Shown piece after piece: positions 1-10,454 of a stretch of 64,000 bases of DNA. The notes below the pieces were generated by a model. It searched no databases. It had not been told where the DNA came from and worked only from the letters and a program-made list of their open reading frames with translations. The DNA comes from Thermoplasmata archaeon (GTDB lineage Archaea; Thermoplasmatota; Thermoplasmata; Lutacidiplasmatales; UBA184): NCBI GenBank assembly GCA_028864975.1, contig JAGWLG010000002.1, positions 96,001-160,000 of the forward strand, read 5' to 3'. Each line of letters opens with the position of its first letter. Position 1 is the stretch's first letter. The translations under genes were made by a program, and so were the position numbers.

Positions 1-53
1 GGGACGCGGATGGCGCGGTCCTCTTCCGCGCAGAGGCGGACCCCGACGAGTGA
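1..53 (+). CDS. possible 3' end of a gene entering from the left edge
   Basis: Frame from nt 3 reads DADGAVLFRAEADPDE then TGA at 51-53. Too short to identify. Confidence 0.25.
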   Translation, partial: DADGAVLFRAEADPDE

Positions 54-91
54 CCCCCCTCTTCGTCGCCCACCTGCGCGGTCCAGTCTGC

Positions 92-784
92 CTAGCTCGC
101 GCGTCCGCGTCGCGGGCGCTCCTCCCTAGGGAGACGGATCACGTGCGCTCCGGGCTCCTCGGGGCGCGGGCGTTCGCTCCAGGTTCGCTCGGTCCACTCC
201 GCATAGCGAGGGGAGCGAAGACGCCAGACCTCCCTGGCGCTCAAACGTCGCTCCTCTTTCCATCGAGCCCGGGCGTCACGCGTGGCCCGCAGCGCGAGGT
301 TCCCCAGGAAGGCCCCGCTGCCCAAAGATGCGAGCGCCGCCGCACCTTCCGCCGCCTGGCCCGGCACGGCCAGGTCGGGAGCCCACAGGACCCCTACGAG
401 CAGAAGCAAGGCCGCGCCGATCGAGAGAACGGCGGCGAGAACGATCCTGAGCTCGTTGTCGACGACCACGTAGTCGCAAAGCCGGTAGCTCTCGAGGTCC
501 GAGAGGTCTCGCGATCTCGGCACCGGGGGAGGCGACCTCCTAGGTGCGCCGGGCCCGGCCTTGGGCGACGAGGATAGATGGTCGTACTCGCGCCTTCGCA
601 CCGGGTCGTTGAGCGTCTCGTACGCCTCCCGCAACTGTCGGGTGTTCGCCTCCGCGACCCTGCGATCGCCCTGGTAGACGTCCGGGTGGTACCGTCGGAG
701 GAGGCGGCGATAGGCCCGCCGCAGCTCCTCCGGTCCCGCGGAGCGGTCGACGCCGAGCACGCGGTAGTGGTCCACGGTGGGCAT
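92..784 (-). CDS. J-domain (DnaJ class C) membrane protein
   Basis: N-terminal DHYRVLGV...RRYHPD...EAYETLNDPVRRREYD J-domain with HPD motif, followed by two hydrophobic helices. ATG at 784 chosen over the ORF start at 859. Confidence 0.85.
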   Translation of the reverse strand: MPTVDHYRVLGVDRSAGPEELRRAYRRLLRRYHPDVYQGDRRVAEANTRQLREAYETLNDPVRRREYDHLSSSPKAGPGAPRRSPPPVPRSRDLSDLESYRLCDYVVVDNELRIVLAAVLSIGAALLLLVGVLWAPDLAVPGQAAEGAAALASLGSGAFLGNLALRATRDARARWKEERRLSAREVWRLRSPRYAEWTERTWSERPRPEEPGAHVIRLPREERPRRGRAS

Positions 785-860
785 GGGGATGGGACCGGTC
801 CTAGAGGGGCCGGACGCCGTTGGGGGGCTAAGCGATTGCGACCGGGGCCGGGAGGGCACG

Positions 861-3800
861 CTAGGGCTGGTCCGACCTGGGCGGGGTCCCTTCCACCGAC
901 CGACGGCCTCGGGACACCTCCCGCGTCAGCCGCGTCGGCATCGGGCGCGGTCGGATGGGGACCTCGGCAGGGTTCCGTCGGAAGGCTCGCAAGAAGTTCG
1001 GCCGCCACCAGATGCGGTCGCGGCTTGCCCCCAAGATCGCGGGGACGAGGTAGGTCCGTACCACGGCGGCGTCCAAGATGACCGCCGCTCCCACGGCGAA
1101 CCCGAGCACGCGGAGCAGGCTCACCTGGGCCGCGACGAGGGCGAAGAACGCGCCCCCCAAGATGACGGCGGCGGCCGTGATGATCCCCGCGGTGTGCGCG
1201 ACCGCATCGATCACCGCACGTCGTGGTGGGCTCCCCTTGAGCCGCTCTTCACGGATACGGGTGAGGATGAAGATGTTGTAGTCCATCCCCAGGCCCATGA
1301 TGAGCAGGAAGAGCACGGGGGGGATGTAGAAGAAGAGCGAAAGCTCGAGTCCGAGGACGAAGACCGCGTAGCTCAGGGCCCAGGACCATGCGGCCGAGAG
1401 GGCGATGGTGATGAGCGCGAGGGGAGGGAGCACCGCCGAGCCCAGGGCGAGGAACAAGACCAGGAGGAGCCCGACGATGATGATGAGCTCCATCCGTTGC
1501 GCGCTCTCGGCGAGCTGGGCCTGAAGGTCCTTGGTGATCGAGGCCGCGCCTCCGTAATAGACGTGCGAGACCGTGGGGTGGGTCGCGGTGAAGCTCGAGA
1601 GGTTCCCCTCGATCGAGTTGAGCTCGTTCACCCCTTCGTTGGTGTTGCCGTTCGAGTCGAGCGCGACGGTGTAGTCGACCGTCGTTCCATCGTTCCCTAC
1701 GTAGGAGGTGAGCGTCGCCAGCAAGGTCGCCTGGGGGACGGGGAGGGCGGAGGTGAGATTGAGCCACGTGGGGAGCGGGGCACCCCCCGACCCGAACATG
1801 GAGTTCACGGAACGGACGCCCGAGTGCACCGTGAGCAGGTGGGCGATGCCGTTCGCCTCCGCAAGCTCTGTCGGGCTCACGTACGCGACGTTCGAGTTCG
1901 GCGGACACGCGAGGCCCGGAGCGACAGGGGCCGAGGGCACGGCGGCCGTGCACGTCTCCACGAGCGGTGTCTGGAAGGTGACCAGGATGTCGAGAGGGAA
2001 CACGTAGCCCGGACCGAAGTTCCCGGAAAGCTCGTTCAGGCCCTGGGTCGCAGGCTGGGAGGGCGGCAGCTGTCCGAAGTAGCTGTAGGACTGCGGTGCC
2101 GTCAGCGCAAGGTAGACCAGCGGGATCGAGACCAGCGTGGCAAGGAGCAGCACCGTCGCCGGGCGCTTGGTCGCGACACGGCTCGCGCGGTGGAAGTAGG
2201 TGTTCCTTCTCCTCACCGCCAGGTTCCGGGCCGCGGCTTGTTTGCGGAAGCGCTCGCCGGTGTAGGGCCAGAAGATGCGAGGCCCGATGAGGTAGAGGAC
2301 CGCGGGGACCAGGGTCAGCGCCACGAGGATAGCGATGGTCACACCGGTGGAGAGGACCTTTCCCCAGTCGGTGATGAGCGAGGCCCCCGAGAAGGTCATG
2401 GCCAGCGTCGCCAGGACGACCGTGCTTCCGCTCGTCGCGATGCTCTCCCCTGCCCACGTGACCGCGTTGACCAGCGCCTCCCGGTGCTCCTTCCCCGACC
2501 AGAGCTCCTCGCGGTAGCGCGCCGTCAGGAAGACGGAGTAGTCGGTACCGACCCCGAGCGAGAAGGTCACGAGGAGCGTGAGCGAGGTGTCCGTGACCTG
2601 TCCCGTGAACGTCGTAGTGATGACCATCGCAGCCAGGCCCAGCAGGAGCGCGAGCCCGATGGTCAGCAGGACCAGGACCGGGGTGAGGGGCGCACGGAAG
2701 TAGAGCGCGGTGATCGCCAGCAGGAGCACGACCGTGATGGGCAGGATCGCGTTGGTGTCCTGATTGATGAGGTTCGACTCGGTGATCACCAGCGCGGCGT
2801 CGCCCGTCTGGACCCAGCCGATCGTCCCGGCGGCCCCCACCTGGGAGAGCGCGAGGGGCGTGAGCCGGTCGACATCGCTCACGACGCGCTGGGCCTGAGG
2901 TCCTTGGTCGGAGACGTTCAGCGCGATGACGATGACCGTGACATTGTTGGCCGCCCCATCCACGAACGTCCCCAGGATCGAGGGGGGGACGGGGGTCGCG
3001 TACGTGGCGGGGGTCCCGCTCGAGATGATGGCGTAGCTCCAGGCGTCGAGCGCCGAGGAGGAGGGGTCGAGGCTAGTGTCTGGGCTCCAGGTGGCCCACG
3101 TGGCGTTGAGATCGGGGAAGGGAACCCCCGAGGTCAACGCCAGGAAATGCAGGGTCGCCCACTGGACCGGAGGCGTGTAGCTGAAATTGGTGAGATTGAG
3201 CTGCGCGAGGACCCACCGGTCGAGGAACCCCCCGCCCCGGAGACCGGCAGCCACTGGGTCCGAGTGGAGGGCACGGACCATCGAGGCGGTGCAGCTGGAG
3301 ACCAGGGACTGGTTCGGGACGGAACCCCAGCATCCGTTGGAGGCGTTCCAGCCGTCGGGGGAGGGTCCTCCCAGATAGCCGTGGTAGAAGAGGGAGAGGT
3401 TCTGAAGGGCCAAGGGCTGGTTCGAGAGCGCCGGGTTCGAGAGGGTCCTCTGGTAGGCGGGGGCGTTGTAGGAGTTTGGAGGGGCCATCGACCCGTTCGC
3501 GATCCCCGCTTGGTAGAGGGTTGCCCAGTTGGAGAGGTAGAGCCCGGCGGTCCCCCAGAGGAGCTGGGAGGTCCCGTCCATCGCGTCGAAGAGGGAGGCG
3601 TTCCCGACGAACCCGGGGCGGAGCACGGCGAGCCGCGCGGTCTCCTCGGCGTTGAGGTAGCTCTGGTACGTCGTGTAGAGACTGTCGACCCGGCCCACGC
3701 TGGTGATGTGGGTGTCGTTCTCCAAGGCGCGCGTCACGGCGAGGGTCGCGTCGCGGCCCACGACCCCCGTGATGTCCGGGCCGGAGAGGAGCACCAGCGT

Positions 3801-4061
3801 GTCCGCGTTCACCGTGGCGTTAGGGAAGACCTGCCCCGCCTGCTTCGCCTCCTGGGAGCTGGGCTCGCTCGAGGGGATCGTCAGGGCGCTGGAGGTGGTC
3901 GCATTCCCGATGTGGGTGAGGAGGGGCGCCGCCGCGAGAAGGAAGAGTACCCAGACGAGCACGACCAACTTCGCGTGGCCAACGATGAGCTCCCCGAGCC
4001 GGGCGAACGGGCCGCGGACGTGGACCTGGGCCCGGCTCTCAACGCGCCCGTCATCCGACAT
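861..4061 (-). CDS. MMPL/RND family transporter
   Basis: 1066 aa with two TM bundles carrying GVGTDYSVFLTARYREE and GLGMDYNIFILTRIREE motifs, and large extracytoplasmic loops rich in N-x-S/T. Confidence 0.9.
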   Translation of the reverse strand: MSDDGRVESRAQVHVRGPFARLGELIVGHAKLVVLVWVLFLLAAAPLLTHIGNATTSSALTIPSSEPSSQEAKQAGQVFPNATVNADTLVLLSGPDITGVVGRDATLAVTRALENDTHITSVGRVDSLYTTYQSYLNAEETARLAVLRPGFVGNASLFDAMDGTSQLLWGTAGLYLSNWATLYQAGIANGSMAPPNSYNAPAYQRTLSNPALSNQPLALQNLSLFYHGYLGGPSPDGWNASNGCWGSVPNQSLVSSCTASMVRALHSDPVAAGLRGGGFLDRWVLAQLNLTNFSYTPPVQWATLHFLALTSGVPFPDLNATWATWSPDTSLDPSSSALDAWSYAIISSGTPATYATPVPPSILGTFVDGAANNVTVIVIALNVSDQGPQAQRVVSDVDRLTPLALSQVGAAGTIGWVQTGDAALVITESNLINQDTNAILPITVVLLLAITALYFRAPLTPVLVLLTIGLALLLGLAAMVITTTFTGQVTDTSLTLLVTFSLGVGTDYSVFLTARYREELWSGKEHREALVNAVTWAGESIATSGSTVVLATLAMTFSGASLITDWGKVLSTGVTIAILVALTLVPAVLYLIGPRIFWPYTGERFRKQAAARNLAVRRRNTYFHRASRVATKRPATVLLLATLVSIPLVYLALTAPQSYSYFGQLPPSQPATQGLNELSGNFGPGYVFPLDILVTFQTPLVETCTAAVPSAPVAPGLACPPNSNVAYVSPTELAEANGIAHLLTVHSGVRSVNSMFGSGGAPLPTWLNLTSALPVPQATLLATLTSYVGNDGTTVDYTVALDSNGNTNEGVNELNSIEGNLSSFTATHPTVSHVYYGGAASITKDLQAQLAESAQRMELIIIVGLLLVLFLALGSAVLPPLALITIALSAAWSWALSYAVFVLGLELSLFFYIPPVLFLLIMGLGMDYNIFILTRIREERLKGSPPRRAVIDAVAHTAGIITAAAVILGGAFFALVAAQVSLLRVLGFAVGAAVILDAAVVRTYLVPAILGASRDRIWWRPNFLRAFRRNPAEVPIRPRPMPTRLTREVSRGRRSVEGTPPRSDQP

Positions 4062-4221
4062 GGTCCCGGGGGTTCCTCTCGATGGGGAACGACCCGGCGC
4101 ACGTTCTCTCGCGTATAGGTGTTGGGGGTGGGACCTCTTCGAGCTGGGTCGGCTGAAGCTCCGGGGGTGTGAGGCGCGGGACGCAGGAGAGGAGAAGAAC
4201 CTCCGGGGAACTTCCTCATCG

Positions 4222-4515
4222 ATGCCCGACCAGGTTCGCTATCGATGGATCGTCGGCGGACGCGTCCAGGGCGTGGGCTACCGCGCCCACGTGGCCCGCC
4301 TGGCCGAGCGCCTCAAGATCGTGGGGTCCGTTCGCAACTTGAGCGATGGCACGGTCGAGGTCGTGGCGCAGGGGCTCCCCACGATGGTCGAAGCGTTCCG
4401 CGCAGCCCTGCTAGCTCCCGCTTGGCCTTGCCACCCGGAAGGGATACGGCGAACCGAGGGACTTCCTCCCGACCTCGGCCTCGGGGAGTTCCGGGTCGCG
4501 GCTTCCTCGGATTGA
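4222..4515 (+). CDS. acyP: acylphosphatase
   Basis: GRVQGVGYR and VRNLSDGTVEVVAQG signatures. 97 aa from ATG 4222. Confidence 0.92.
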   Translation: MPDQVRYRWIVGGRVQGVGYRAHVARLAERLKIVGSVRNLSDGTVEVVAQGLPTMVEAFRAALLAPAWPCHPEGIRRTEGLPPDLGLGEFRVAASSD

Positions 4516-4582
4516 GAAGGACGTCTCGAAAGCTTGGCTGAAATAGTCCCGCTGGGCTGTAGTAACGGCCGAGCGTGACATC

Positions 4583-5128
4583 TTGCCGACGGAAGCCTGT
4601 CCGATCTGTAACCACCGACTCCCGAAGGAATTCCTGACCACCCACATGGCCCGTGCGCATCCGGACCGGTCGGTGTCGGCGGAGCCTGGGCCGAGCGAGG
4701 CCCCGGCCCCTCCGAGCGGGGCCTACCAGGGGGACCTGGCCGAGGGACTCGCCCCTCCCGACAGCGTTGGGGCGGAAGTGCCGGCCCATCTGGGTCCTCC
4801 CCCTGCCGACCCGGAGCCGGAAAGCCCTGCCGCACCGGTTCCCCAGGACCCCGCCCCCACGGCGGAGGCCAGCCCGACCCCTGCGGCCGTCGTGGCCGAG
4901 GCTCCGTCGGACCCTGTCGAAGCGCCCTCCGACCCTCCCGCTACCGAGGGGCCCGCGGTGGTCCCCCCTGCGGCCTCCCCGGTCCCGCCTGCCGCTCCGC
5001 CTGTGATCCCGACCTCGAAAGAGCTCCGGTCCTGGCTTGGCAAGCACCAGCGCCACACGACGAAGGCGCGCGAGAGGGCCGAGGTCTGGTGCCAGGAGTT
5101 CGTCGACTCCCGTCGCCACCGACGCTGA
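4583..5128 (+). CDS. hypothetical protein with N-terminal C2H2-type zinc finger and Pro/Ala-rich linker
   Basis: CPICNHRLPKEFLTTHMARAH (C-x2-C-x11-H-x4-H), a long P/A/E low-complexity linker and a basic helical C-terminus. TTG start. Confidence 0.6.
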   Translation: MPTEACPICNHRLPKEFLTTHMARAHPDRSVSAEPGPSEAPAPPSGAYQGDLAEGLAPPDSVGAEVPAHLGPPPADPEPESPAAPVPQDPAPTAEASPTPAAVVAEAPSDPVEAPSDPPATEGPAVVPPAASPVPPAAPPVIPTSKELRSWLGKHQRHTTKARERAEVWCQEFVDSRRHRR

Positions 5129-5197
5129 GCGTTCGGTCCTTCGGTCCAGAGAGTTTCCGAGGGCCAGGCTTATACCCATCCTCCGGTGAGCCGACCC

Positions 5198-6184
5198 ATG
5201 CCCGCCACGGGCCGCAGCGCAAGTAATGTCGCCCCCGCGGCGCGGTCCTCCTCCGCTCCCCCTCCTCGTCCGCTACGACGGGGCAAGGTGAAGGAGGTCT
5301 GGGAGGTCTCCCCCACCGAGCTGGAGTTCGTCTTCACCGACGACATCAGTGTCTTCGACAAGCACATCCCGAACGCCATTCCTCACAAGGGAGAGACCCT
5401 CGCTCGTACGAGCGCGTTCTGGTTCGACCTGTGCACGAAGCAGGGCGTGAACCACCATTTCCTTCGGCTCTCCGGACCGAACAAGATGCGAGTGCGTCGT
5501 GTGGAGGTCGTTCCCGACCCCCGATCGTCGGGGCATCCGAAGAGGAGCTTGTTCATCCCGCTGGAGTGCGTGGTGCGCTACTACGTCGCCGGCAGCCTCT
5601 GGGACCGGCTCCAGAAGGGCAAGATCCGACCTGAGGACTGCGGGTTCCCCGGCGCACATGTGGCCGCCTACGGGCAGAAGCTCCCCGACCCGCTCTTCGA
5701 GTTCACCACCAAGCTCGAGCCGGTGGACCGCCTCCTTACCCCGTCCGAGGCGTTGGAAGTTGGAGGAGTGACCAAGAAGGACATCTCCGACATCGAGGAG
5801 ATGATCCTCAAGATCGATGGGGCGATGCAGCGGGCCATCTCCCCGCGCGGGCTCCTCCACGTCGACGGGAAGAAGGAGTTCGCCTTCGACGAGCATGGGA
5901 AGGTCATGGTCGTCGACACCTTCGGTACAGCGGACGAGGACCGGTTCTGGGAGAAGGACGCCTACGAGCGGGGGCGATTCGAGGAGTTCTCGAAGGAGTT
6001 CGTCCGGCAGCACTACCGACACCTGGGCTACTACGACAACCTCCAGGCCGCCCGTGCCGCGGGCAAGGCCGAACCCGACATTCCGTCCCTTCCCCCCAAT
6101 CTGGTCCAAGAGGTGAGCAAGCTCTACACCACCGTTTTCGAGCGGCTCACCGGTGAGCGGTTCCACCCCGGTGGCAAGGCGTGA
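5198..6184 (+). CDS. purC: phosphoribosylaminoimidazole-succinocarboxamide synthase
   Basis: RGKVKEV, TDDISVFD, IPLECVVRYY, DGKKEF, DEDRFW and SKEFVRQ motifs. TATA-like CTTATA about 25 nt upstream of ATG 5198. Confidence 0.95.
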   Translation: MPATGRSASNVAPAARSSSAPPPRPLRRGKVKEVWEVSPTELEFVFTDDISVFDKHIPNAIPHKGETLARTSAFWFDLCTKQGVNHHFLRLSGPNKMRVRRVEVVPDPRSSGHPKRSLFIPLECVVRYYVAGSLWDRLQKGKIRPEDCGFPGAHVAAYGQKLPDPLFEFTTKLEPVDRLLTPSEALEVGGVTKKDISDIEEMILKIDGAMQRAISPRGLLHVDGKKEFAFDEHGKVMVVDTFGTADEDRFWEKDAYERGRFEEFSKEFVRQHYRHLGYYDNLQAARAAGKAEPDIPSLPPNLVQEVSKLYTTVFERLTGERFHPGGKA

Positions 6185-6243
6185 GCAGCAACCCGGCGGC
6201 GCCGGGTGGCTCACCTAGCACCGTTTCACGACCTCCCCTGCGA

Positions 6244-6300
6244 CCTTTTAAGGGCCGCCCGCGGGTTCCGGACGAATCGCCGACGCGATCGCCGGAAGTG
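6244..6300 (+). promoter_or_regulatory. putative TATA box and RBS of radA
   Basis: TTTAAG-type element near 6246-6252 in a GC-rich background, and GGAAGTGA just upstream of ATG 6306. Confidence 0.5.
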
Positions 6301-6305
6301 ACAAC

Positions 6306-8843
6306 ATGAGCGCCAAGGCCACCAAGCCCGCCACCGACGAGAAGGCCGAAGAAGAAGAGACGAAGGTCGAGTTCGAGGACCTTCCCGGGGTGGGGGCCAC
6401 CACCGCGGAGAAGCTCCGCGAAGCGGGCTACGGGGACATGATGGAGCTCGCCGTCGCGTCTCCGGACGACATCGCGGCGGCCGCGGACATCGGCGAAGGC
6501 ATCGCGCAGAAGATCATCGTCGAGGCGCGCAAGCGCGCCAAGGTCGGGGGGTTCGAGAGCGGCACCGATATCCTGGAGCGGAGGAAGAGGATCGGCAAGG
6601 TCACGACGATGTCCAAGAACCTGGACGAGCTCTTGGGGGGAGGCATCGAGACCCAGGCCATCACGGAGGTCTATGGGGCTTTTGGGAGCGGCAAGTGCAC
6701 GCACCCTGGCACGCCAGTCCTTTACTTCAATGACTCGGTGGCCCACCTCGAACCCATCGGGGAGATCTACGCGAAGTACGCCGCCAAGTTCGGAGAGATC
6801 CCCTTCGATGGTGGATGGGCTGTCCCGGTCGACTGCGTTCAGGTGGCGGGACTGACCGAGTCAGGAGTCCAGCGCGTTCGGGCCTCCCATCTCTACCGGG
6901 AGAAGGTCGCTCGGCTGATCCGGATCAAGACCGCACGCGGTCGTACGTTGGAGATCACTCCGCCGCACAAGTTGGTGTCCATCACCACGGAGGGGGTCTC
7001 GTGGGTCCCCGCGGCTAAGCTGGCTCCGGGATGCCCCATCGCTACCCCGCGAACGCTGCAGGCCCGATCCGCCGAGGATCATCCCAACATGGTCGACGAG
7101 GACGACGCCTTCTTCCTAGGTCTCTACGTTTCGGAGGGGGATCCCATCGGGATCACGAACACCGACCTTCGTCTCATCAAGTGGGTGGAGAGCTACATCG
7201 AAGGGAAGTTCGGTCATTCACCCCGGGTTTCGGTCGGGCACGGGCGCCCCCTGCCGGCGTTCCGAGTCCTTCTTCGTAAGCCCGTCCGCACTTTTCTGGG
7301 CGATCTTGCGACTCAGCGATCGGCGACCAAGCGGGTCCCTGCCAGCGTCCTTGGTGGGAGCGATGGCGTGGTGAGGTCCTTCCTCGCCGGATACATCGAA
7401 GGCGACGGATGTATCCAGCCCCTTCACACCGAGGTCGACACCGCGAGCGCCGGTCTGGCCCGAGATGTCGCCTACCTCTTCGCGCGCATCGGCATTCAGT
7501 CGAGCACTCGCGTCCGCCAGGTCAAGGGAAAGCCGTACTGGCGGGTGTCGGTCGTTGGGGAAGACCGCTCGAGGATCCGATCCCTCCCTCTTCGCTTCAA
7601 GCAATGGCCGAGTACCCTGCCCTACACCTCGGCCTATGGGTTTCCGACACCGACCATCGAGGTCCTTCAAAGGATCTACCGTCAGGGTCTTGGTGGCCAC
7701 CGCGGACGGAAGCAGAAGCGCGTTGGAAGGGCGCGGAACCGCAACGACCGTTTCTACCACGTCTTGGTAGAAGAGCGTACCAAATCTGACACCCTTAATG
7801 AGGCGACCTTCCGAGCCATCGCTGAGACCTTCCTCGAGGGGAGGGCAAGGCTCGAGCGGGCGCAGAGGCTGACCACCCGACTGGACCACCTCGACCTGCG
7901 CGAGTTCGCGCGCTTGTTCGACCTGCTGCCGCAGGCGTTCTCTGCCTATGCGGAGAGGGCAGGGATCTCAAGATCCGTGTCTCAGAACTGGCGCCGCCGA
8001 GGCGTCTCCCCGAACCGCGATCTCGAGCCTCTCAAGGCAATCATGACCGAGGACCTCTCGAGAAGGATCTCGATCCTTTCGCAGGGGCTCGCTCAGATGA
8101 AGAACATCCACTCGTTCGCGTGGGATATCATCGTTTCCGTGGAGCACGTCCCGTACGACGGCTTCGTCTACGACCTAACGGTCCCGGAAGGGCACACCTT
8201 CGTCGCCGGCGAAATGCCGACGATCATGCACAACACTCAGCTCGCTTTGCAAGTGTCCTCCTCGATCCAGCTCCCCGTGGATCAAGGTGGACTGGAGGGG
8301 GAGGCGGTCTGGATCGACACCGAGAACACCTTCCGCCCGGAGCGTCTCACCGAGATGGCCAAGGCGGCGGGTTTGGACCCCGCCGAGGCCCTGAAGAAGG
8401 TCCACGTGGCTCACGCCTTCAACGCGAGCCACCAGGAGCTGCTGGTCCCGAAGGCCTTCGAGCTCGCCCGCCAGAAGCCCGTTCGTCTGCTCGTCGTGGA
8501 CTCGCTCACGGCGCATTTTCGAGCCGAGTTCCTGGGGAGAGGCGCGCTCGCCGAACGCCAGCAGCGCCTCAATCGCCACATGCACGAGCTGCTCCGCTTC
8601 GGCGACGTCTTCAACGCGGCGATCATCTGCACGAACCAGGTCTCGTCCCGTCCCGATGTCCTTTTTGGCGACCCCACCGGCCCGATCGGGGGGAACATCG
8701 TCGGCCACACGGCGACGTACCGGGTGTACATGCGGAAGTCGAAGCCCCCGCGCCGCATCGCTCGGCTCGTCGACTCCCCGAACCTTCCCGAAGGAGAGGC
8801 GATCTTCTCCGTCCTGCCCGAAGGGATCCGCGACGCGGGCTGA
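6306..8843 (+). CDS. radA: DNA repair and recombination protein RadA, intein-containing precursor (about 332-aa extein)
   Basis: N-terminal HhH ([14 protein letters not shown]), Walker A GAFGSGK interrupted by an intein and resuming TQLALQ, then [19 protein letters not shown] and GGNIVGH. Confidence 0.96.
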   Translation: MSAKATKPATDEKAEEEETKVEFEDLPGVGATTAEKLREAGYGDMMELAVASPDDIAAAADIGEGIAQKIIVEARKRAKVGGFESGTDILERRKRIGKVTTMSKNLDELLGGGIETQAITEVYGAFGSGKCTHPGTPVLYFNDSVAHLEPIGEIYAKYAAKFGEIPFDGGWAVPVDCVQVAGLTESGVQRVRASHLYREKVARLIRIKTARGRTLEITPPHKLVSITTEGVSWVPAAKLAPGCPIATPRTLQARSAEDHPNMVDEDDAFFLGLYVSEGDPIGITNTDLRLIKWVESYIEGKFGHSPRVSVGHGRPLPAFRVLLRKPVRTFLGDLATQRSATKRVPASVLGGSDGVVRSFLAGYIEGDGCIQPLHTEVDTASAGLARDVAYLFARIGIQSSTRVRQVKGKPYWRVSVVGEDRSRIRSLPLRFKQWPSTLPYTSAYGFPTPTIEVLQRIYRQGLGGHRGRKQKRVGRARNRNDRFYHVLVEERTKSDTLNEATFRAIAETFLEGRARLERAQRLTTRLDHLDLREFARLFDLLPQAFSAYAERAGISRSVSQNWRRRGVSPNRDLEPLKAIMTEDLSRRISILSQGLAQMKNIHSFAWDIIVSVEHVPYDGFVYDLTVPEGHTFVAGEMPTIMHNTQLALQVSSSIQLPVDQGGLEGEAVWIDTENTFRPERLTEMAKAAGLDPAEALKKVHVAHAFNASHQELLVPKAFELARQKPVRLLVVDSLTAHFRAEFLGRGALAERQQRLNRHMHELLRFGDVFNAAIICTNQVSSRPDVLFGDPTGPIGGNIVGHTATYRVYMRKSKPPRRIARLVDSPNLPEGEAIFSVLPEGIRDAG
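6696..8234 (+). mobile_element. intein (513 aa) with LAGLIDADG homing endonuclease in RadA
   Basis: Begins with Cys (TGC 6696) directly after GSGK and ends [23 protein letters not shown] before Thr +1. Internal [10 protein letters not shown] and [10 protein letters not shown] blocks. Confidence 0.95.
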
Positions 8844-8853
8844 CCCCGTTCGA

Positions 8854-10410
8854 TCACGCCCCGAACGAGCGCAAGCGTCGAAGGAGCGCCCCCGTGCCCA
8901 ACGGGGTGCCGCTGGTCTCGTTGACCTGCGCTACCCAGTCCTGGGTGATCCCAGGACGGAACCAGTTCCGGGTCAGCCACGGGGCAACCCGGGGGTTGGG
9001 CCAGGTGTCGCCCCCGATGTCGCGGAGCATCCCTTCCCGCACCTGAGAGGCAAAGAGCCAGGCGAAGAGGTAGCTCTTGGCGTAGAGGCCGTACTGGACC
9101 CAGATCCCATCGCCGAACGAGGCAGGGACCGACGTTGGCAGGTAGCCCTCGTACGCTCGTTGCAGGCGCGCGAACGTCGAGACCAGGTCCCCTGTCGGCC
9201 GACGGTAGAGTTCGAGCTCCTGCTCCACCCAAAGGGCGGTGTACCCCACGGAATCTGGCCATCCCACGGCACGGTCCGCGATGAGGCGATCGATCGAGGC
9301 CCGAGGCAGGCCGGTTCGCGTGGAGAGCCAGGCCGCCTCTCCCGAGATCTCCTCGAAGAGGCCACCGACCCCTTCCGACATGCCGGCGTTCCCGGGGAGC
9401 GTCTCGTACCCGCGCAGGAGGTGCGTGGGGGCCCGCGTCAAGCTCGCGTGGACGGCGTGTCCGAGCTCGTGCATCAGGATCCCATACCAGACCCAGCCGC
9501 CCTGCGGATTCACGACGACCCGGACGTCTTGGGGAATGGTCGGAGCGTAGCACAGGCCCCCCGCACTGATCGCGTGCCGGTCGATGCGAAGGTGGTAGCG
9601 TTCAGGATGGAAGCCCCACCCTCGCAGGGCTCCCATCGCGGCCGAGAGCATCCCTCGTCCAGGGAAGTATCGGTCCACCGCGGGCGGCTTTCGCAGCTCG
9701 AAGGCGCGCGGGAGGTCCCAGGGGTACCAGCCTCGTTCCCCTTTCGCATCCTCGAAATCGTCCCGCACCCTCCGGGCCGCCGGGCGGCCGATGGCCTTCA
9801 GCGAGACGATGAACCGTTCGAGCTGGGCGCGCGAGACCCCCTCTTGGGAGAGCCTCAGTTCGACGAAGGAGGGGAAGCCGAGCTCGTGGGCCCGAGCATT
9901 GCGGAGCTCGGCCAGCTTTCGTATCCCCGGCTCCAGAGTGGCCAGAGAGCGCTGCGATGCCTCCCAGAGCCTCTGGCGTTCCCTTCTCTCTTCCGCCTTC
10001 CGCAGTAGCTCTCCGACACGGTGCAACGGCAGGAGTCGTCCGCGGTAGCGGACCCGAAGACTGGCGTCCCTGCGGAGGAGATCGTTGCGGAGACGGACAA
10101 TCGGGGTGTCGTGCTCGACCTGGACGTCCTCGGCCGCGCGCCGAAGGAGGGCGACGCGTCGCTCGAGCAGACGCGGGAGGGGTCGGGAGAGAGCCTCGTC
10201 CGCGAATCGAACAAGTTCCGGACCTCCGAGCAGGCGGGCCCGCGCCATCTCCCACCGCTCGGGATGAGCTGAACGGCCCATGGCCACGCCCCACTGGGCG
10301 AGGAGGATGCCGCGGTCGAGGGGGGCCAACGCGGACTCGAGCCGGTCCATGAAGCGACCCACCTCGGTCGTGGAAGCGGACCGGCCGGACGGAGGGGAGA
10401 GAGGGACCAT
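8854..10410 (-). CDS. M3-like (gluzincin) oligopeptidase
   Basis: MHELGHAVH HExxH motif with downstream SEGVGGLFEE third ligand, and YAKSYLFA. The start could also be ATG 10350. Confidence 0.8.
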   Translation of the reverse strand: MVPLSPPSGRSASTTEVGRFMDRLESALAPLDRGILLAQWGVAMGRSAHPERWEMARARLLGGPELVRFADEALSRPLPRLLERRVALLRRAAEDVQVEHDTPIVRLRNDLLRRDASLRVRYRGRLLPLHRVGELLRKAEERRERQRLWEASQRSLATLEPGIRKLAELRNARAHELGFPSFVELRLSQEGVSRAQLERFIVSLKAIGRPAARRVRDDFEDAKGERGWYPWDLPRAFELRKPPAVDRYFPGRGMLSAAMGALRGWGFHPERYHLRIDRHAISAGGLCYAPTIPQDVRVVVNPQGGWVWYGILMHELGHAVHASLTRAPTHLLRGYETLPGNAGMSEGVGGLFEEISGEAAWLSTRTGLPRASIDRLIADRAVGWPDSVGYTALWVEQELELYRRPTGDLVSTFARLQRAYEGYLPTSVPASFGDGIWVQYGLYAKSYLFAWLFASQVREGMLRDIGGDTWPNPRVAPWLTRNWFRPGITQDWVAQVNETSGTPLGTGALLRRLRSFGA

Positions 10411-10454
10411 GTCCCGGTCAGAAGGAGGGCGAGAAGAAGCTCTCCCTCGACCGC

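Noticed and set aside
777-4118. 1113-aa plus-strand ORF, and similar long shadow ORFs (15024-16952, 34359-36491, 41838-43274, 44179-45702, 20080-21462)
   Set aside because: They are antisense to well-supported genes, are R/G/P-rich and lack motifs. Such ORFs are expected at this GC content.
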